Assembly: GCA_964035545.1 (NCBI GenBank)
Contig: OZ037765.1
Span: 27,713,504 to 27,777,503, forward strand
Length of the DNA stretch: 64,000 bases
Source of the DNA: Bugula neritina
Lineage: Eukaryota > Animalia > Bryozoa
Direction of reading: 5' to 3'
The notes under the pieces were generated by a model. The model worked only from the letters and a program-made list of their open reading frames with translations. It did not search any database and was not told where the DNA came from. Positions 1 to 13,200 of the stretch are shown here, piece after piece. The stretch's first letter is position 1; each line of letters opens with the position of its first letter. The position numbers and the translations under genes are program-made.

Positions 1-257
1 AGTAAGATCAACGTTGGTGGCGAAATGATTTCTGAACTTCGCGGAAACAAAGGAAACGCTAAAATGAAACCGTACTGAGAAGGCAAGTCTATAAAAATAG
101 TTCTTCTTTAAAGCTAAACTTTAGTACACAATTTTTATGCAATATATGCATTTTTAAATAATTTTAAATTTAATTTTAAATTAAATAAATTTTATTTCAA
201 TATAAATTACTAATAAAAATAAATCTTAATAAGTTATAGCGCTAGAAAACCCGCACT

Positions 258-283
258 TTTTCCGTAGCAACCGGGCTAGCAAC
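258..283. promoter_or_regulatory. Candidate RFX X-box pair
   Basis: TTTTCCGTAGCAAC (258-271) is a near match to GTYNCY-AT-RGNAAC, with a second TAGCAAC half-site ending at 283. They lie ~130-150 bp upstream of the ATG of a ciliary gene. Confidence 0.45.
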
Positions 284-408
284 CAAGTGCTCTAAGATAT
301 ACTATTTTGATGTTCACGCAGCTACACATGTTGTAGTGTTTGTCCACTACAGCAAATATTTTAGTAACAGAAACGTTTGATAGTCATATTATTTTAACTT
401 GAATTATC

Positions 409-3400
409 ATGACTACAATAGCATTAGGAGGAGGCCCGGATCTTCACCAAAGAAGAGAGTTTGCTGGATTAAGGGATGGCACTCATGTACCTGGGTATGA
501 TGTAAAAAGTGCTAACATTTCTATTCTTAGGTTTTACCAAAAGCGCAGTATTATTAAACCAAGTGAACACATGCTACTTTAAAAATGCTACTTTGCGAAT
601 CGTAACAACTGATAATAAATAACAATATAAAAACCATCTAGCATGCCCTATTATCATTACCATGTAGGCCTACAGTATGATACATTTTGATTTAGCTGTT
701 TTCTTCTATAGGTATTTGTCATAGCAAGCACAGATTTTTATGTTGCAAATTTCTTATTTTATCATGTTGAAGTTTGCTTATCTACTCAATAATCTATAGT
801 AGCAACATGTTTCAAAACTTGAAACTATGCTCAAATTACAACTAAAACCATGTGATACTTTAAATATAAACCCTCAGTAGCAATTGCCTTACCTTGGAGT
901 TTGTAAAATAGAGTGCTAATACCCTGTATCCAAATGTTGCTGTTAAAAAATCATGTATCACTTTAACGCCTTTAAGTATACAATAATTTGACTTTGAAAG
1001 TTTTTAATTTATCTACTAAAGTCAAACTTGTTCTTTAATTTGTTACTAAACATTCCAATTCAAGCAGTTACTTGAAAAATAATAAATGCAAACCTCATGG
1101 TATTTAAAAAATAATTCTGAAAATAAAATCTACAATCAATTCTATAAAAAGACTAAATGTAGGGCTGAATAATTTCTTCAAAAACACATTACCTGTTTTG
1201 ATGTGTAAAAAATCCGTATTGAATGTGAAAGCTTCTAGTTTGTTACTCAACCAATAACTGCAAATTTTGTTTTTAGTATGTGAGCTTATTGGCATTTCTT
1301 TCTTGCTATTAATGAATATGTGTACACTTTTTATATAGTACTGCATGGGCCTAAAATTGTCAGTTATTCAAAGCTTTTTCAGTACCATTTGGTGTTCTTA
1401 CATGTTAGATATCGTGGATACTGCCCACAAATTAAATACCGAGTTGGAAAGACATATGGAACTGACACTCACCAATTATCAGAGAAAACTGACCATGTTC
1501 ATCCCTTACCACCGGTAGGCCCTTCTAACCCCAAGCCTGTGCTGTCAAACAAGCTGCCTGCTGCAACTGGAGACAATAAATACACTGAGCAGATGGTGCC
1601 TGGCTACACTGGTAACTAGAGCAGTACTTGCAATGGCTTTATTTTCTATTTTATACTCTTACTTTTACTTATACATATGTGTGTTCGTGTGTGGGTGTGT
1701 ATAAACATGTATATATTTATATATGTATAAATATACCGAGACAATAGCCATACAAGATATAGTAAATTATTTTAGTTTTGACAAAATCAGACAAGTAAGG
1801 AAATTAATGTTGTATAAATAAAAGTTTTTAAGTTTGATGATAAGTTAGCTTCATTACTCTTATGTCTAGTTAAGGCATGAGTGGCTGATAGTAAACAGTT
1901 GTATTATTAAATATTCTACTCTTGAAATTATTATTTGATAGGATACTTGTATGAAAACTGAAAGCATACGTTTATATTAATTATTTCCTAGTAGAGAACT
2001 CAAAAGAAACAAATCTGATAAATCTTGTTTAAATTTACAATGAAGATATTAAATTTGAAAAACTGATTTCTAAAAGATCCTACAACAACAGCTAGATGTT
2101 GCAAGTCATTGATAAACACATTGCTATGTCTGTGAAACAAATATTTATTAAGAGCTCATTGGAATACTGCAGGGAGTCTGGGGTTTCAAGAGATTTTATA
2201 AGTACAGTGAAATGACTAGCTTCTGGTTATTGAATAGCTCTTACTAGTAACAGAGTTGCCTCCATTTGTTAGCAACATAAATTTTGGATTTTTCTTCTCC
2301 TATTAATGCACAATAATAGCACATAACATAGTTATAAAGTATTCTTCCATTTATATAACATATGTAATTATATGTTAGGTAAATAGATAATGCATTGTTG
2401 TCAATCAAACTAAAATTCAAAATAAAATTTTAATGCTAAAAAAGTAATAAGCAATGAATCTATTTATAATATTATTGCAAAATTATAAGATGATATGTGA
2501 ATAATAGGTTTGTTATTATTAAAGGCTACATTCCAAGATCTCCTTTCAAGTTTGGGAACACGTACAAGGAAGACTGTGACTTCAACATTGATCAGCATAT
2601 GAGCATGTACAAGTACCATGATTACAAGATTAAGGAGTTACAGAACCACGTCCGTACAGCCCCACAGTTACAAGCCATAGAAGCTGATCCTCATGTTAAG
2701 AATGTTCTAGATAAATACAGGGACACTCATCCAATCCGTCCTATTCTCTTAGGTGAAAAATAATTATTAATCAAAAGTGTTATCAACATATGTTTGGTTA
2801 TCATTTTATAGTTTGCTTTAGCTTTTCTTGCAAGCAATTGGACATAAGTTGACCAACAAATCATAAAATAAGGAGAAAATATTGCCAATCGAAATTTTGA
2901 ACAAATATTTTTCTATAACTTATAAAAAAAACACTGTCTGTTTTGTTTATGCAGCTGAGAAAAGGTTACCCACTGAGCCACCAATGCCTGGGTACAAAGG
3001 TTTTATTCCACGAATAAATGTGACTGAAAAAGGGCTTGGAGCAAGGTTGGTGTCGATTTTTTTAGACTTTAAGTGAAAGGTACATACATACGCGCATGCA
3101 CACACACATATACATATATACTTACAGTACATATTATTTGTTTAAACTATTTTTCATTATTTCCATGGGGTGATAAAAAGTTCTTAGCAATATTTAAAGA
3201 TGTTCAAATATTATGTTATTTTGATTTTTTATATTCCAAATTTTTTTTATGTCTTTTTAGATACCACACAGCCACTAAAGAAGGACTTGAAGCATTTGCT
3301 CACGAGAATGCTGCTCATTGGACAGCCATGTCAGCTAAAGTGGACCTCACGCGGTAATATTAATAGTTTCATATGTAGTGTATACCTGTATGCTGTGCTA

Positions 3401-4161
3401 TAAGTGTACATTGTTATAATACTACATGCAAAACATGACTAGTTTTGAGTATGGTTTCCATATATGCTCAATGGTCTAGAACTAAGTTTTGAATAATTAT
3501 AATAAATGTATTTTTTACACATTATAAAATTTTGGCTCATTTTTTTGCTAATAATTTAGATTTATAGTTAATGGTGTTTTATTTTATAAAAATTAAAAAA
3601 ACTAAATATTATGTATTGACATGATATATAGTTATATGTAGTATTGATGATATTCTATGCAGGCGCAGAAACTTAGTATGATTTGTAGAATGTTATATAC
3701 AATTAATTTTACTGTACATTTTACTATGCAGCTTGGTGTGTTGAAATTTTAAACATTATCTCAATTGTGGTCTGTGAAACGCGGTGATTACAAGTTATAG
3801 TAAATGTTATATTTAAATTACAGTAATTATGATGGCATTAAAGCACCTAGCTATAGTAGAAGAGTGTATTTGAACGATGGAATGATTCCCAAGTATACTG
3901 GGTACCTGCCACGTGAGTATTATTTATTAAAAACTTATTTTAAAAAATATGAATAGAGTACAAGCTATAGTTTTAGATTGAAGTTATATCGGCTGATGTT
4001 GCTCATGGGTTCTTATTTTTTCTGTAGAACGAAGATTTGCTTTCGGCAACACTTACGGAGACACATCGAGATCTTTGAGTGTTTGCAAACATAAAGATGA
4101 ATGTTTCGGTGATTTTATGAGGTCCAAGACGATGCCAGTCATGCAGAGTTCAAAATTTTAA
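409..4161 (+). CDS. SPMIP5: Ciliary/sperm microtubule inner protein, SPMIP5 (C10orf82)/FAM166-type PGY-repeat protein; 7 exons: 409-494, 1409-1611, 2525-2752, 2955-3045, 3261-3353, 3824-3912, 4028-4161
   Basis: GT-AG exons join in frame from MTTIALGGGP to MQSSKF*. Repeats PGYRGYCPQ, PGYTGYIPR, PGYKGFIPR and PKYTGYLP. The block TAPQLQAI...EPPMPGYKGFIPRINVTEKGLGARY resembles recalled C10orf82 (TAPKLKPV...[25 protein letters not shown]). Confidence 0.8.
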
Positions 4162-5355
4162 GTTCATTTGACCAAAAGCTAGTGCATAATTAAGATTAGG
4201 TATATTTGTTACTTTCTGTTAGGTAGATGAAAGCCCCTACCCTAGATAATAACTTTTGATAGAGTTTTGTACTAATTCCTTAATTCTATATTTTTAAGTA
4301 TAGAATCTATATTTTTGTCATAGAAAAGCTACAGCCTTGTCTTAAGCTATAATTAAATCAAGAACTCTTTGTTCTTTGGTAGTTTTAAGCTGTAGTTATA
4401 AGAAAATAATTACGTTCAAGGTTTTTATGCAATGACGTTTTGTACTATTCTAGTTTCAATTGATTAGCAGTATGCATGGCGATGCAGCAAGTTGATTTAC
4501 TTGCCAATATGCTCTTTGCTACCCTGTGTAAGGTCTTTGATATTTAAAGAAACTTTTCCAGTGCGTATACTGTAAGAGATTTATATGTCATACAAAACAT
4601 TTATTTTATGTATAGTTATAGTTGCCACTGTGTATTTTCCTAGATACAACTTGTAACTTTATATATCAACCAGTTGCTCATTTGCCCTCACTTTTTGTGC
4701 CTTGCTAAAAATTTAACCTCTTTTTACTATAATATGCAAGTGGTTTGTTCTAATGCCAGCTTTTTCACAGATATTCTTGTAGCTCTTTTATCTTGTTGCT
4801 GTGTTGCTAAAGATTTTGTTACAGGAACTATCGAAATTGTCTAATAAAATATGTACTAATAATCAAATTAGATAATATATTATACAATTGGTTAACACAC
4901 AAAATAATTGCAGGGAAATATATTATGAAGCTGCATGAGCTAAAAAATTGCATCAACATGTACCTAAAAGCACAGTATAGTTAATACTATTCTGTACAAT
5001 GTAGAGCAATAACAGTTTAATATCAAGATTTTTCACATCAGCTCAATTCTTGAGTCTTTTCACTGTTTATAATGTACAAGAAATTGATTTTTTTCCAAGC
5101 AATGTCAGATTTCTTATTACTTAAGAAGCTTAAAGTCATTTGACACCAGATTGGCTAATGTGCTAGGTATATTATAATGAAGCTTAACTTTTCAAGAAAT
5201 AAATAACAGCATGTACGTGAAACCCTTGGGAACCTTCATTCCATAAATTTATATATCATGATATTATAGAAATCAATAAAATTGTCTTCTTATTATTAAT
5301 TAATGTTGGAGCTAGCTATAGCTACAAGTTATTGCAAATAGTCTGATGCTTGGTG

Positions 5356-6757
5356 ATGGAGGGTTTAGAACTTCTGGCTTCAGTTCTTGTAGGCATTTTA
5401 GCAGGAGCTATGCTTACGGCTTTATGGTTCTACAAAACCTCAGCACAAACCACAGATTCTGTGTGTCATGAGTCATCGACTGAAGAATGTAAGGAGCAGT
5501 ACCATGCTGATATCACTAACACTTGTAAAGAGGAGGATGACAGGGTGAACAGGTATGCATTATAGTGCAGTATTTTCTACTTGTAAAGCTTGTATATCAT
5601 ATATAAATAAAATAACCTATTAATAATATTTTTTACTATTTCACCATTCCAAGCAGTGAACCCAAATCTAGCCTTACCACAAAAGAGAAGTTCTATCTGT
5701 TTTTGGAAAAAGGCTTTTGTGAAGAGCTAGAAAGTGGAGTTGAAAGTTCAGTTTTAAAATCAAAGAGAGACATTCTGCAGAATAGCCCACTTGGTAACGG
5801 ACATCAGACAATAAAATATATAATATAATGTATACTTTTTATGATATTAATTAATGAAATACATAAACAAATCTCATATTTGTTTTTAGTTATTATTTGG
5901 GATTTGTTAGTAACAGCTTTGTTCTTTTAGGATCAGAGTTATAGGATTTAGTGTCTCAAATGTGAGTTTTGGTAAAATTGTACATATGCTGTGCTACAAA
6001 TTCTAGCCTGACTTCATGCCCTGCAGAAATAAGTAGTTCATGTGTCTATTTTGTTGCTATTAACTTTACTATTTATTACATTTTGTTTTAATTATGCAAT
6101 TACTGTAGTTATATCACATGTTACAGAAAATGTCAGCCAGCTGTTTTGTCCATTTGGGGGTAAAGAGAGTGCAGGTGTATGGTCTGATGGTGATGACACT
6201 GCTGTTGAAACAGAAACACCTACCTTAGGAGAACATGGAATACAAAATAGTAAGCTGCGCTCTTTGGAGGGCAACACTAGATATGCAAACGATTCTACCC
6301 AAAATACCAGTGAAGAGTGTCCATACAAATTTGCGTTTGAGAATGGTGCAGATTCTGAAGACGAGGCTGATATACCGTCAAATCATAGAAGGACAGGCCG
6401 GTGCCCACTCGATAGACATGATGAGCCAGGCAAGTTCAGTTCAGCCAAATTAAGCTGGGAAAAATGTATGTTGCTATGATTCAATTAGTTTTTATTTTTT
6501 GAGAGACAAATAAACTTACTGTGATTTAAGTTTTTACCAATAATTTCTTTTATAAATTGTATATTGTAACTATACTAGACAATGTACAGAAGCAAAGGAA
6601 TATTCCATTGGCTGCTATTCATGAGCAACTGTCGGCAGATGAGCTTCAAGAAGAAATTAGAGTGAGGAAAGAACAGATGGCAGCATTTGCTAAATTATTA
6701 GCAGCCCAAGAAGATGACTGCAACACTATTCAGCCACAACTGAAGCTCTATATGTAG
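5356..6757 (+). CDS. MXRA7: MXRA7-like single-pass membrane protein; 4 exons: 5356-5552, 5654-5793, 6127-6465, 6579-6757
   Basis: N-terminal hydrophobic segment LLASVLVGILAGAMLTALWFY, acidic disordered middle, and C-terminal LSADELQEEIRVRKEQMAAFAKLL...QLKLYM resembling the MXRA7 helical tail. Splice phases are consistent. Confidence 0.7.
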
Positions 6758-7884
6758 GCTATTCATGGTACCACCTCCAACCTTCTACCATTTAAACTAC
6801 AATACTTAGACTATAGATATCTCTCTGTCAGAATTAAAGATGAGATATAATAGTCTTTGATTGTAGAGCTGTTTGGTTTATATGAACTTCATTATTGAAC
6901 TAAGGTTTACAAATAAAGCATCTGCTTTTATATTAATTTGATACATAATCTAGAAAATTCCATTGCATTGCACATGAATCATGTAAAATTGACACTATTC
7001 CATAGACAATGACTGAATATGTACACAAGTATAGGTTGCCCATCTTTCCAAGTGTTGTAAGTATAGGCTAATACCAAAAGAGTATGTTATGAATAATAAT
7101 TTCTAGAGTAGAACTTGTGGCTGCAGTGTTAAACACAGTGTATAGTATTCATCCATTTCTTTGATCTGTATTACTTTTGTAGCTTTAATAGATTAGTTAA
7201 AATAATATTTTACTGTAGAATTCAATTTATGGCTTGCACTCTGTGGGCCAATTTTAGATAGTTTTACCCAGCTTGAGTATTTCTATTGGGAACAAACAAT
7301 TGACAGCAAAACACATTGCAGTTTACATTTTGTATATCTGTATTAATTTTTGCTTATAATAAGACAGTTTTATCAACTAGAGTCTAGACAATAAAATAAT
7401 TATGTACAAATTCCTTAGAAGGATGAGGTAGAGATAGGAGTAGTAAAAATTTCACAAAGGATTATTTAGTACGACTAAATATCTACTAAAGCCTTACCAT
7501 AATATATCATAATAAAAGTAATACCTATTATTAAAATATACCACCAGTTTCTATGAACAACTACATAAAATACAGTAAAGTAATATATATTTGAGACAAA
7601 GTTTAGATTATAAGTAAGCTAGCTGCTGCTTAACCAACCATTCCTCAGACCATTGGCTCAAGTTAGATATTACACTTGAAGTAATACTATTATATAATCA
7701 CAATGATAGAGCAACAGCCAAAAACATAAAAAACTACAGGAATCGTAGATAAACCTCATTATGGGAGGCCTTATGACTAATGTATGGTCACCGGTAAAAT
7801 ATCATCATGCAATTGAGACAATAGTGCTAACAACTAAACATATAATATTATATATGGGGTAAGGTTGAAAGTTAGCTGTGAAGT

Positions 7885-8990
7885 TTACATCTTATTTCGT
7901 TGTTGGGTCAAGACAGTAATTTTATACTCTAGACTTTTATTAAAACTCCTAATTTTTCTGTTTTCATGTTCCAAGAAGTCAACACGCATGTTAATTTTCT
8001 CCTCCTTCTGTCTACGAAGGTCACGTGATTTTTTTGCTGATTCGTTGTTTTTACGGCGCTTTTCTCTGTATTTAGCAAATTCCTCACCAGAAGGTTCACC
8101 TTTCAATGTACACGTAGCTCTTTTTCTTTGAGACTTACTTTCAGTGTAGCAACTTTCAGCATAGCAACTTTCAGGTGAAGGGCTTTCAGTTTTCATCTCA
8201 GGAATTATGTTTTCTTGTTGATAAAGAGCGGGATTGTTTGAACTAGTTAGAGCCTCTAACTGTTGGGTGTAAGTATTTTTCAGCTCTTTGTAGATCTGTG
8301 TTCTTTGATCATATTGTGAAGATGAGTTGTAATTCTGGCAAGAATATAAAACACAACAATATAATAAAATATAAGTTTAAAATGCCAAGTAAATGCTACT
8401 TTTTGTAAAAAGCACCCTTGGGGGTCAAATTATATTAAATCATTAAAGTGCTCAAACAAAATATTGGCGGTTGTTACATAACATATACTATAAACTGTCA
8501 AGCTTAGCTATAGCTATTAAACTACCAACAATAGATCATGCTAAAATTACATTCCAGTATGTAACCTTTGTATTTAGTTAAATACTAAATACTAAAGTTT
8601 GGTAGCTTCAATGCTACAAAAGCATTTATGGCAAGTTGCATGCAATCTTGTTATTTAATCTTTTTTAACTGGCAGAATACTACACATGATTAGTAATCAT
8701 GTGCAGTATTCTGCCAGTTGATGGCACCAAAAACACCAGGCAAGTGATATTTAGGAAGACAACTCTCAAAACAGAGGTTGAAATAGGTAGCTCCTGGTAT
8801 AGATTACCTCATAATAAGTGATGGGATAATGGCCATCAAATCCATTGGACAATGGTGTCACTGCTGCGAGCACAGCAGAGCTGTTCATAGCGGAAGCTGC
8901 AAGGAGAGAGTCATGATCAGTCACCAGGTCTCCCAGCTCGGCTTTTCTAGCCTCTTCCAGCATTTTATTAGAAGTCTCATTAGCAGCCAT
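7885..8990 (-). CDS. PAR/NFIL3/Giant-like bZIP transcription factor, 210 aa; exons 8990-8808 and 8334-7885
   Basis: Basic region KYREKRRKNNESAKKSRDLRRQKE followed by zipper RVDFLEHENRKIRSFNKSLEYKITVL. A phase-0 GT-AG intron joins the two ORF-track fragments in frame. Confidence 0.85.
8667..8719. repeat. 53-nt near-perfect palindrome in the bZIP intron
   Basis: AACTGGCAGAATACTACACATGATTA-G-TAATCATGTGCAGTATTCTGCCAGTT; 26-bp arms with one mismatch. Confidence 0.9.
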
Positions 8991-9989
8991 CAGGCGCAGG
9001 GTGCAGATGCCTCAACTTAAATGTATAACCAATCATTGTATAATAAAGTTTTGAGTTCAGCTTTACAAAGTTGTGACATTTTATTCTTGTGTGAATTTGA
9101 GTGCATGTCAAGTGTTCTAAACTTTAAAAAATTAGTAGCTTGACTTTGTACATAGGTCTACTACATATTCATCCAAGAAAATTTTTGGTGAAAATCCATT
9201 TAAACAGTAACATTACTAGTAAGCAGAGGCACAAAATTTATCATCCCTTAACAGTCGACATTTCTAACAGACACTGACAGGTAGTGGATATGATAAACTG
9301 ATACAGATGATATTGAACAGTGCAATAATTATATTAGCATGATTATATAGTAGCTTTTCCTCCATTGAAAATTTCACAAAAAACTTGATAATTAAGACAT
9401 CCATTGTAAATTTACCATGTTTTACATTTGTTAAACATATAAAATTAAATACACCTTCCATCATGAGCATTATTAATTGGATATCTGGAGAATGACATTT
9501 TATAGCAGCTAGACTAATTTGTAATTTTAGCTACTACTTTTACTTCGAGTTCATAAACGAACCTTAGACCTGTTGAACATTTTTTATCCATTTAATATGT
9601 TGAAGACCGATAGTTACCAAGAAACAAAATCAGCTCAGTCGATCAATTTATTTAAAATATTATTATAACATTTATATACCACCAATAGCTGTAGCTGAAG
9701 GTTAAATTTAAAATATGTACGTTTTACCTACTACTACTACTAGTACTACTGGCTAAAATGTCGACTTACCTAACCAGCAACCTGGAGCTGTAGAGATTGA
9801 AAACTTACTTTCTAGATAGAATCTAGTGTTAATAGAACAATATTTTAGTATATAAAGAAGTTAAGTGGTATAACTATCTGTGTGAGATGAAGAGAGTGGT
9901 GTACTACCAAATGCCGTCTGGCTAGCACGGTGGCCACCGACAAGATTGAACAGACGAAATCAATAGAAAAGGGTCATAGCACCCTTAGC

Positions 9990-10077
9990 ATTACGTAATA
10001 CCTCCGCCAACTATTACATAACTAATAAAGGGCTGTGTTAATAACCATTCACACAGCATTCTGAACTATTATGTAAC
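9990..10077. promoter_or_regulatory. Cluster of three D-box (PAR/NFIL3 bZIP) consensus sites RTTAYGTAAY
   Basis: ATTACGTAAT 9990-9999, ATTACATAAC 10013-10022 and ATTATGTAAC 10068-10077, upstream of the minus-strand bZIP gene. Minus-strand GTAAGT donors near 9769 and 9808 suggest a non-coding first exon. Confidence 0.6.
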
Positions 10078-10237
10078 ATCTGTCTGGACTATTATTGGAG
10101 ATAATAACAGACTTAGTAAGCACATACAAACAAAACAACAAAGTACTATAATTATAAGAAAGCTGACAAAGCTTTATTTATTAAAGAGCCCAGTTTTTAT
10201 TATAAATAGTTCATAACAAAAGCCAACTAGTTTATTT

Positions 10238-13200
10238 TTAAAAGTCAATATTAGAATTAGCAACAGATGGGTTGGAGGTTGAGTTCAAATCTTGGCCAGC
10301 AGTAATTCCAGTCCTCCCAGATACGACTGAGTTTAAAGCACCATTTCTGGTGCCAGTTTTTGTCTTGCTCTTACAAGAACAGTTTGTACATGAACCAGAT
10401 TCCGGGCTATTGCTAACTCCTTCAGTACGATAATTCTTGGGGGTCTTCCCTATACCCAGTTTAGGCAAGCCTTTGTTTAATCCTTCCAGAAGAATGCAAG
10501 CTTTACACAGCTTATTGCTAGAAATATAGCCACATCTCTCACAGTGGGTCTGCACCGGCATCTTTGTCTCCTCCTTGATGCACATCACCTGAAAAGAGGT
10601 AGAATTGTGTACAACGGTTAGAATAGTTTTAATCACTAAATACAATAAATAATTACCATTTAGGAGCAATAGTGGAGAAATTGAGATAGCCTAAGCTCTT
10701 TGATTTTATTAGTAATATTTGTTTTGGTTGAGATTCTTGCTAGAACATAATTTCTTGCGCTACATTTATAATCTAGAACACAGGCTGTTCTTAATTTCTC
10801 CCTTACTGCACCCACCTTATAATTATAGAACACAACGGCTATTCAACAGTTAATTAAAAGTTCTAAAATTACATTCTTTCACTTAAAGCTCAACCCTAAG
10901 TGAGAAAAAGCATTTGGTGCAAATATATTATAAAATGTAGACCATTATGGTGAAAGACTAAGATTTAGTCTTGAAGCTTAACAAAACCTAAAAATTTACA
11001 TAAACTGTGAGCTTCAAAAAGTTTAGCATAATTTTTAATAATAATAAGCAGTCATATTTGCTAGAAATCTGGGTGTCTGAAAGTGTGAAGCCCTACATGG
11101 CCTCAAAAGAAGAGACTCCACACTTTTCTGCCTGAATACTAATTGTAGTAAGAATCAAGAGTGTGGTTTTACTTGAGGTATTACAGCCAGTGTGCATTGC
11201 TCATAAAAAAATTTCAAAAATATGTTTTTGCAAAGAGAAATTTAAAATATAAATGGATAAATTTTGCTCATGCACATTCAAGCAAAGCAGTCTTGAATAA
11301 TTATAACTAAATACTGTATATGCAAGTGTAGAGTATAGTGAGCTATACTAAGTAACTAAACAAAGGTACCTCTCCACTGTGTATGATGTCTAGAATAGAG
11401 CTGGGTCTAACTTGCTCCAGGTCCTTGATATAAGCTCTGGCGTAACCTCGGTAGGCATTGGGAGAGTATATGCATTCAGTAGAGAAGTAGTCCAAATTCT
11501 GCAGAGACAAACACAGCACCTCAGGCTACGTGGCAGAGAAGCACTCAAGTCATGTGACTTCGGACTACAGTTATGTGACTTGAAACTATTGTAACCTTTT
11601 CATCAGAAGTTTCCACAACACCAGTAGTATATTGCTTCACAAAACTTATGTATGGTTACTCTTCACCCAAAAATGCCAACAACCACTAGTAAGTAATCTA
11701 AGAATGAATTATCTCTGGCAGATTAATTCCTAATAAATAAGTATATATCACAATTTAAAAACTATTTATCCATTTATACTTATGAGAAAAATTTATCACA
11801 GTTAATTTACAACGCATGTACAATATAAATTTTAGTGTACTTTCCATAGAGCCTTTGATAATCTTAGTACATAATTATTATAACATTATGCAAATAACCA
11901 AAGTGTAAGCAACTCCACACATTAACTAATATAACTGTTTTACAATGAAGTCAGTGTAACGGGATGCTTTTGTCTAAGAGCAGTGCGGCCACACACAGCT
12001 AGTGCCACAGCTATATCTATTATCACGTAAAGAAACTAAAGACTTCAAAGCTTTTGGCTTGTTTTACCATTACTTTCAGCTTCAAGTATTCACGAAAAAG
12101 CTGAGTGCAGCAAGCTAAGGATAAATCAACTAGCTTTCTTAACATGCATAGAGATAACGGATAAGAAAGGAAGACATAACTACATGTATAGACTATTATA
12201 AATTCTGCCACCAATTGTAAGTTTAATATAAATTGTAATTTGTGACATCTTTCAACTCAATCTTATGATCACCCTCAGTAGTTAGTTTACTGTATAGTGT
12301 ACATACTTATTTACTAATAGATGTCTAACTTTCATCTGATGTTAAATAATTATGATTTCTAGCATAATTTTCTATTATTTCATTCTCAATGTTGAAACCT
12401 TTACAGGGTACAATCTTTCATCAAAAGAAAATCGTTGCCAATAAACACCACTCGGCCAGTACAGTCAGATTATACTTGAATTTCAGCTCAAATTTTCATG
12501 TTGCAAAGCAGATACGTGTGGTAGACTGTCATTGATTTGTGATAGAAATGGCTTGCTTTATTCCTCATTAAATACCCACTGCCAATATAGTACACTAATC
12601 CGTCATTATAGACTGTAGTTGATGGGCCACACAATGATACGCACAGAGAATAGCAGAAGTAACCATGATGAAGGTGGCTACTTGCCTAGATGGTTCACTG
12701 ACCATGATCAATGCAATTAAGTCAACAACCTGTGACTATGTGTGGCATACAGTGTATATATTATATGCTCTACATTCACTACTGCTAGTGTCTATATATT
12801 CTCTGCATTTACTACTGTTAGTGTCTATGTATTATCTACAGTCACTACTGTTAGTGTCTATATATTCTCTACATTCACTACTGTTAGTGTCTATATATTC
12901 TCTACATTAACTACTAGTAGTGTCTATATATTCTCTACATTCACTACTGTTAGTGTCTATATATTCTCTACATTCACTACTGTTAGTGTCTATATATTCT
13001 CTACATTCACTACTGTTAATGTCTATATATTATATATATTCACTACTGTTAGTGTCTATATATTCTCTACATTCACTACTGGTAATGTCTATATATTATA
13101 TATATTCACTACTGTTAGTGTCTATATATTCTCTACATTCACTACTGTTAGTGTCTATATATTCTCTACATTCACTACTGCTAGTGTCTATATAGCAATA

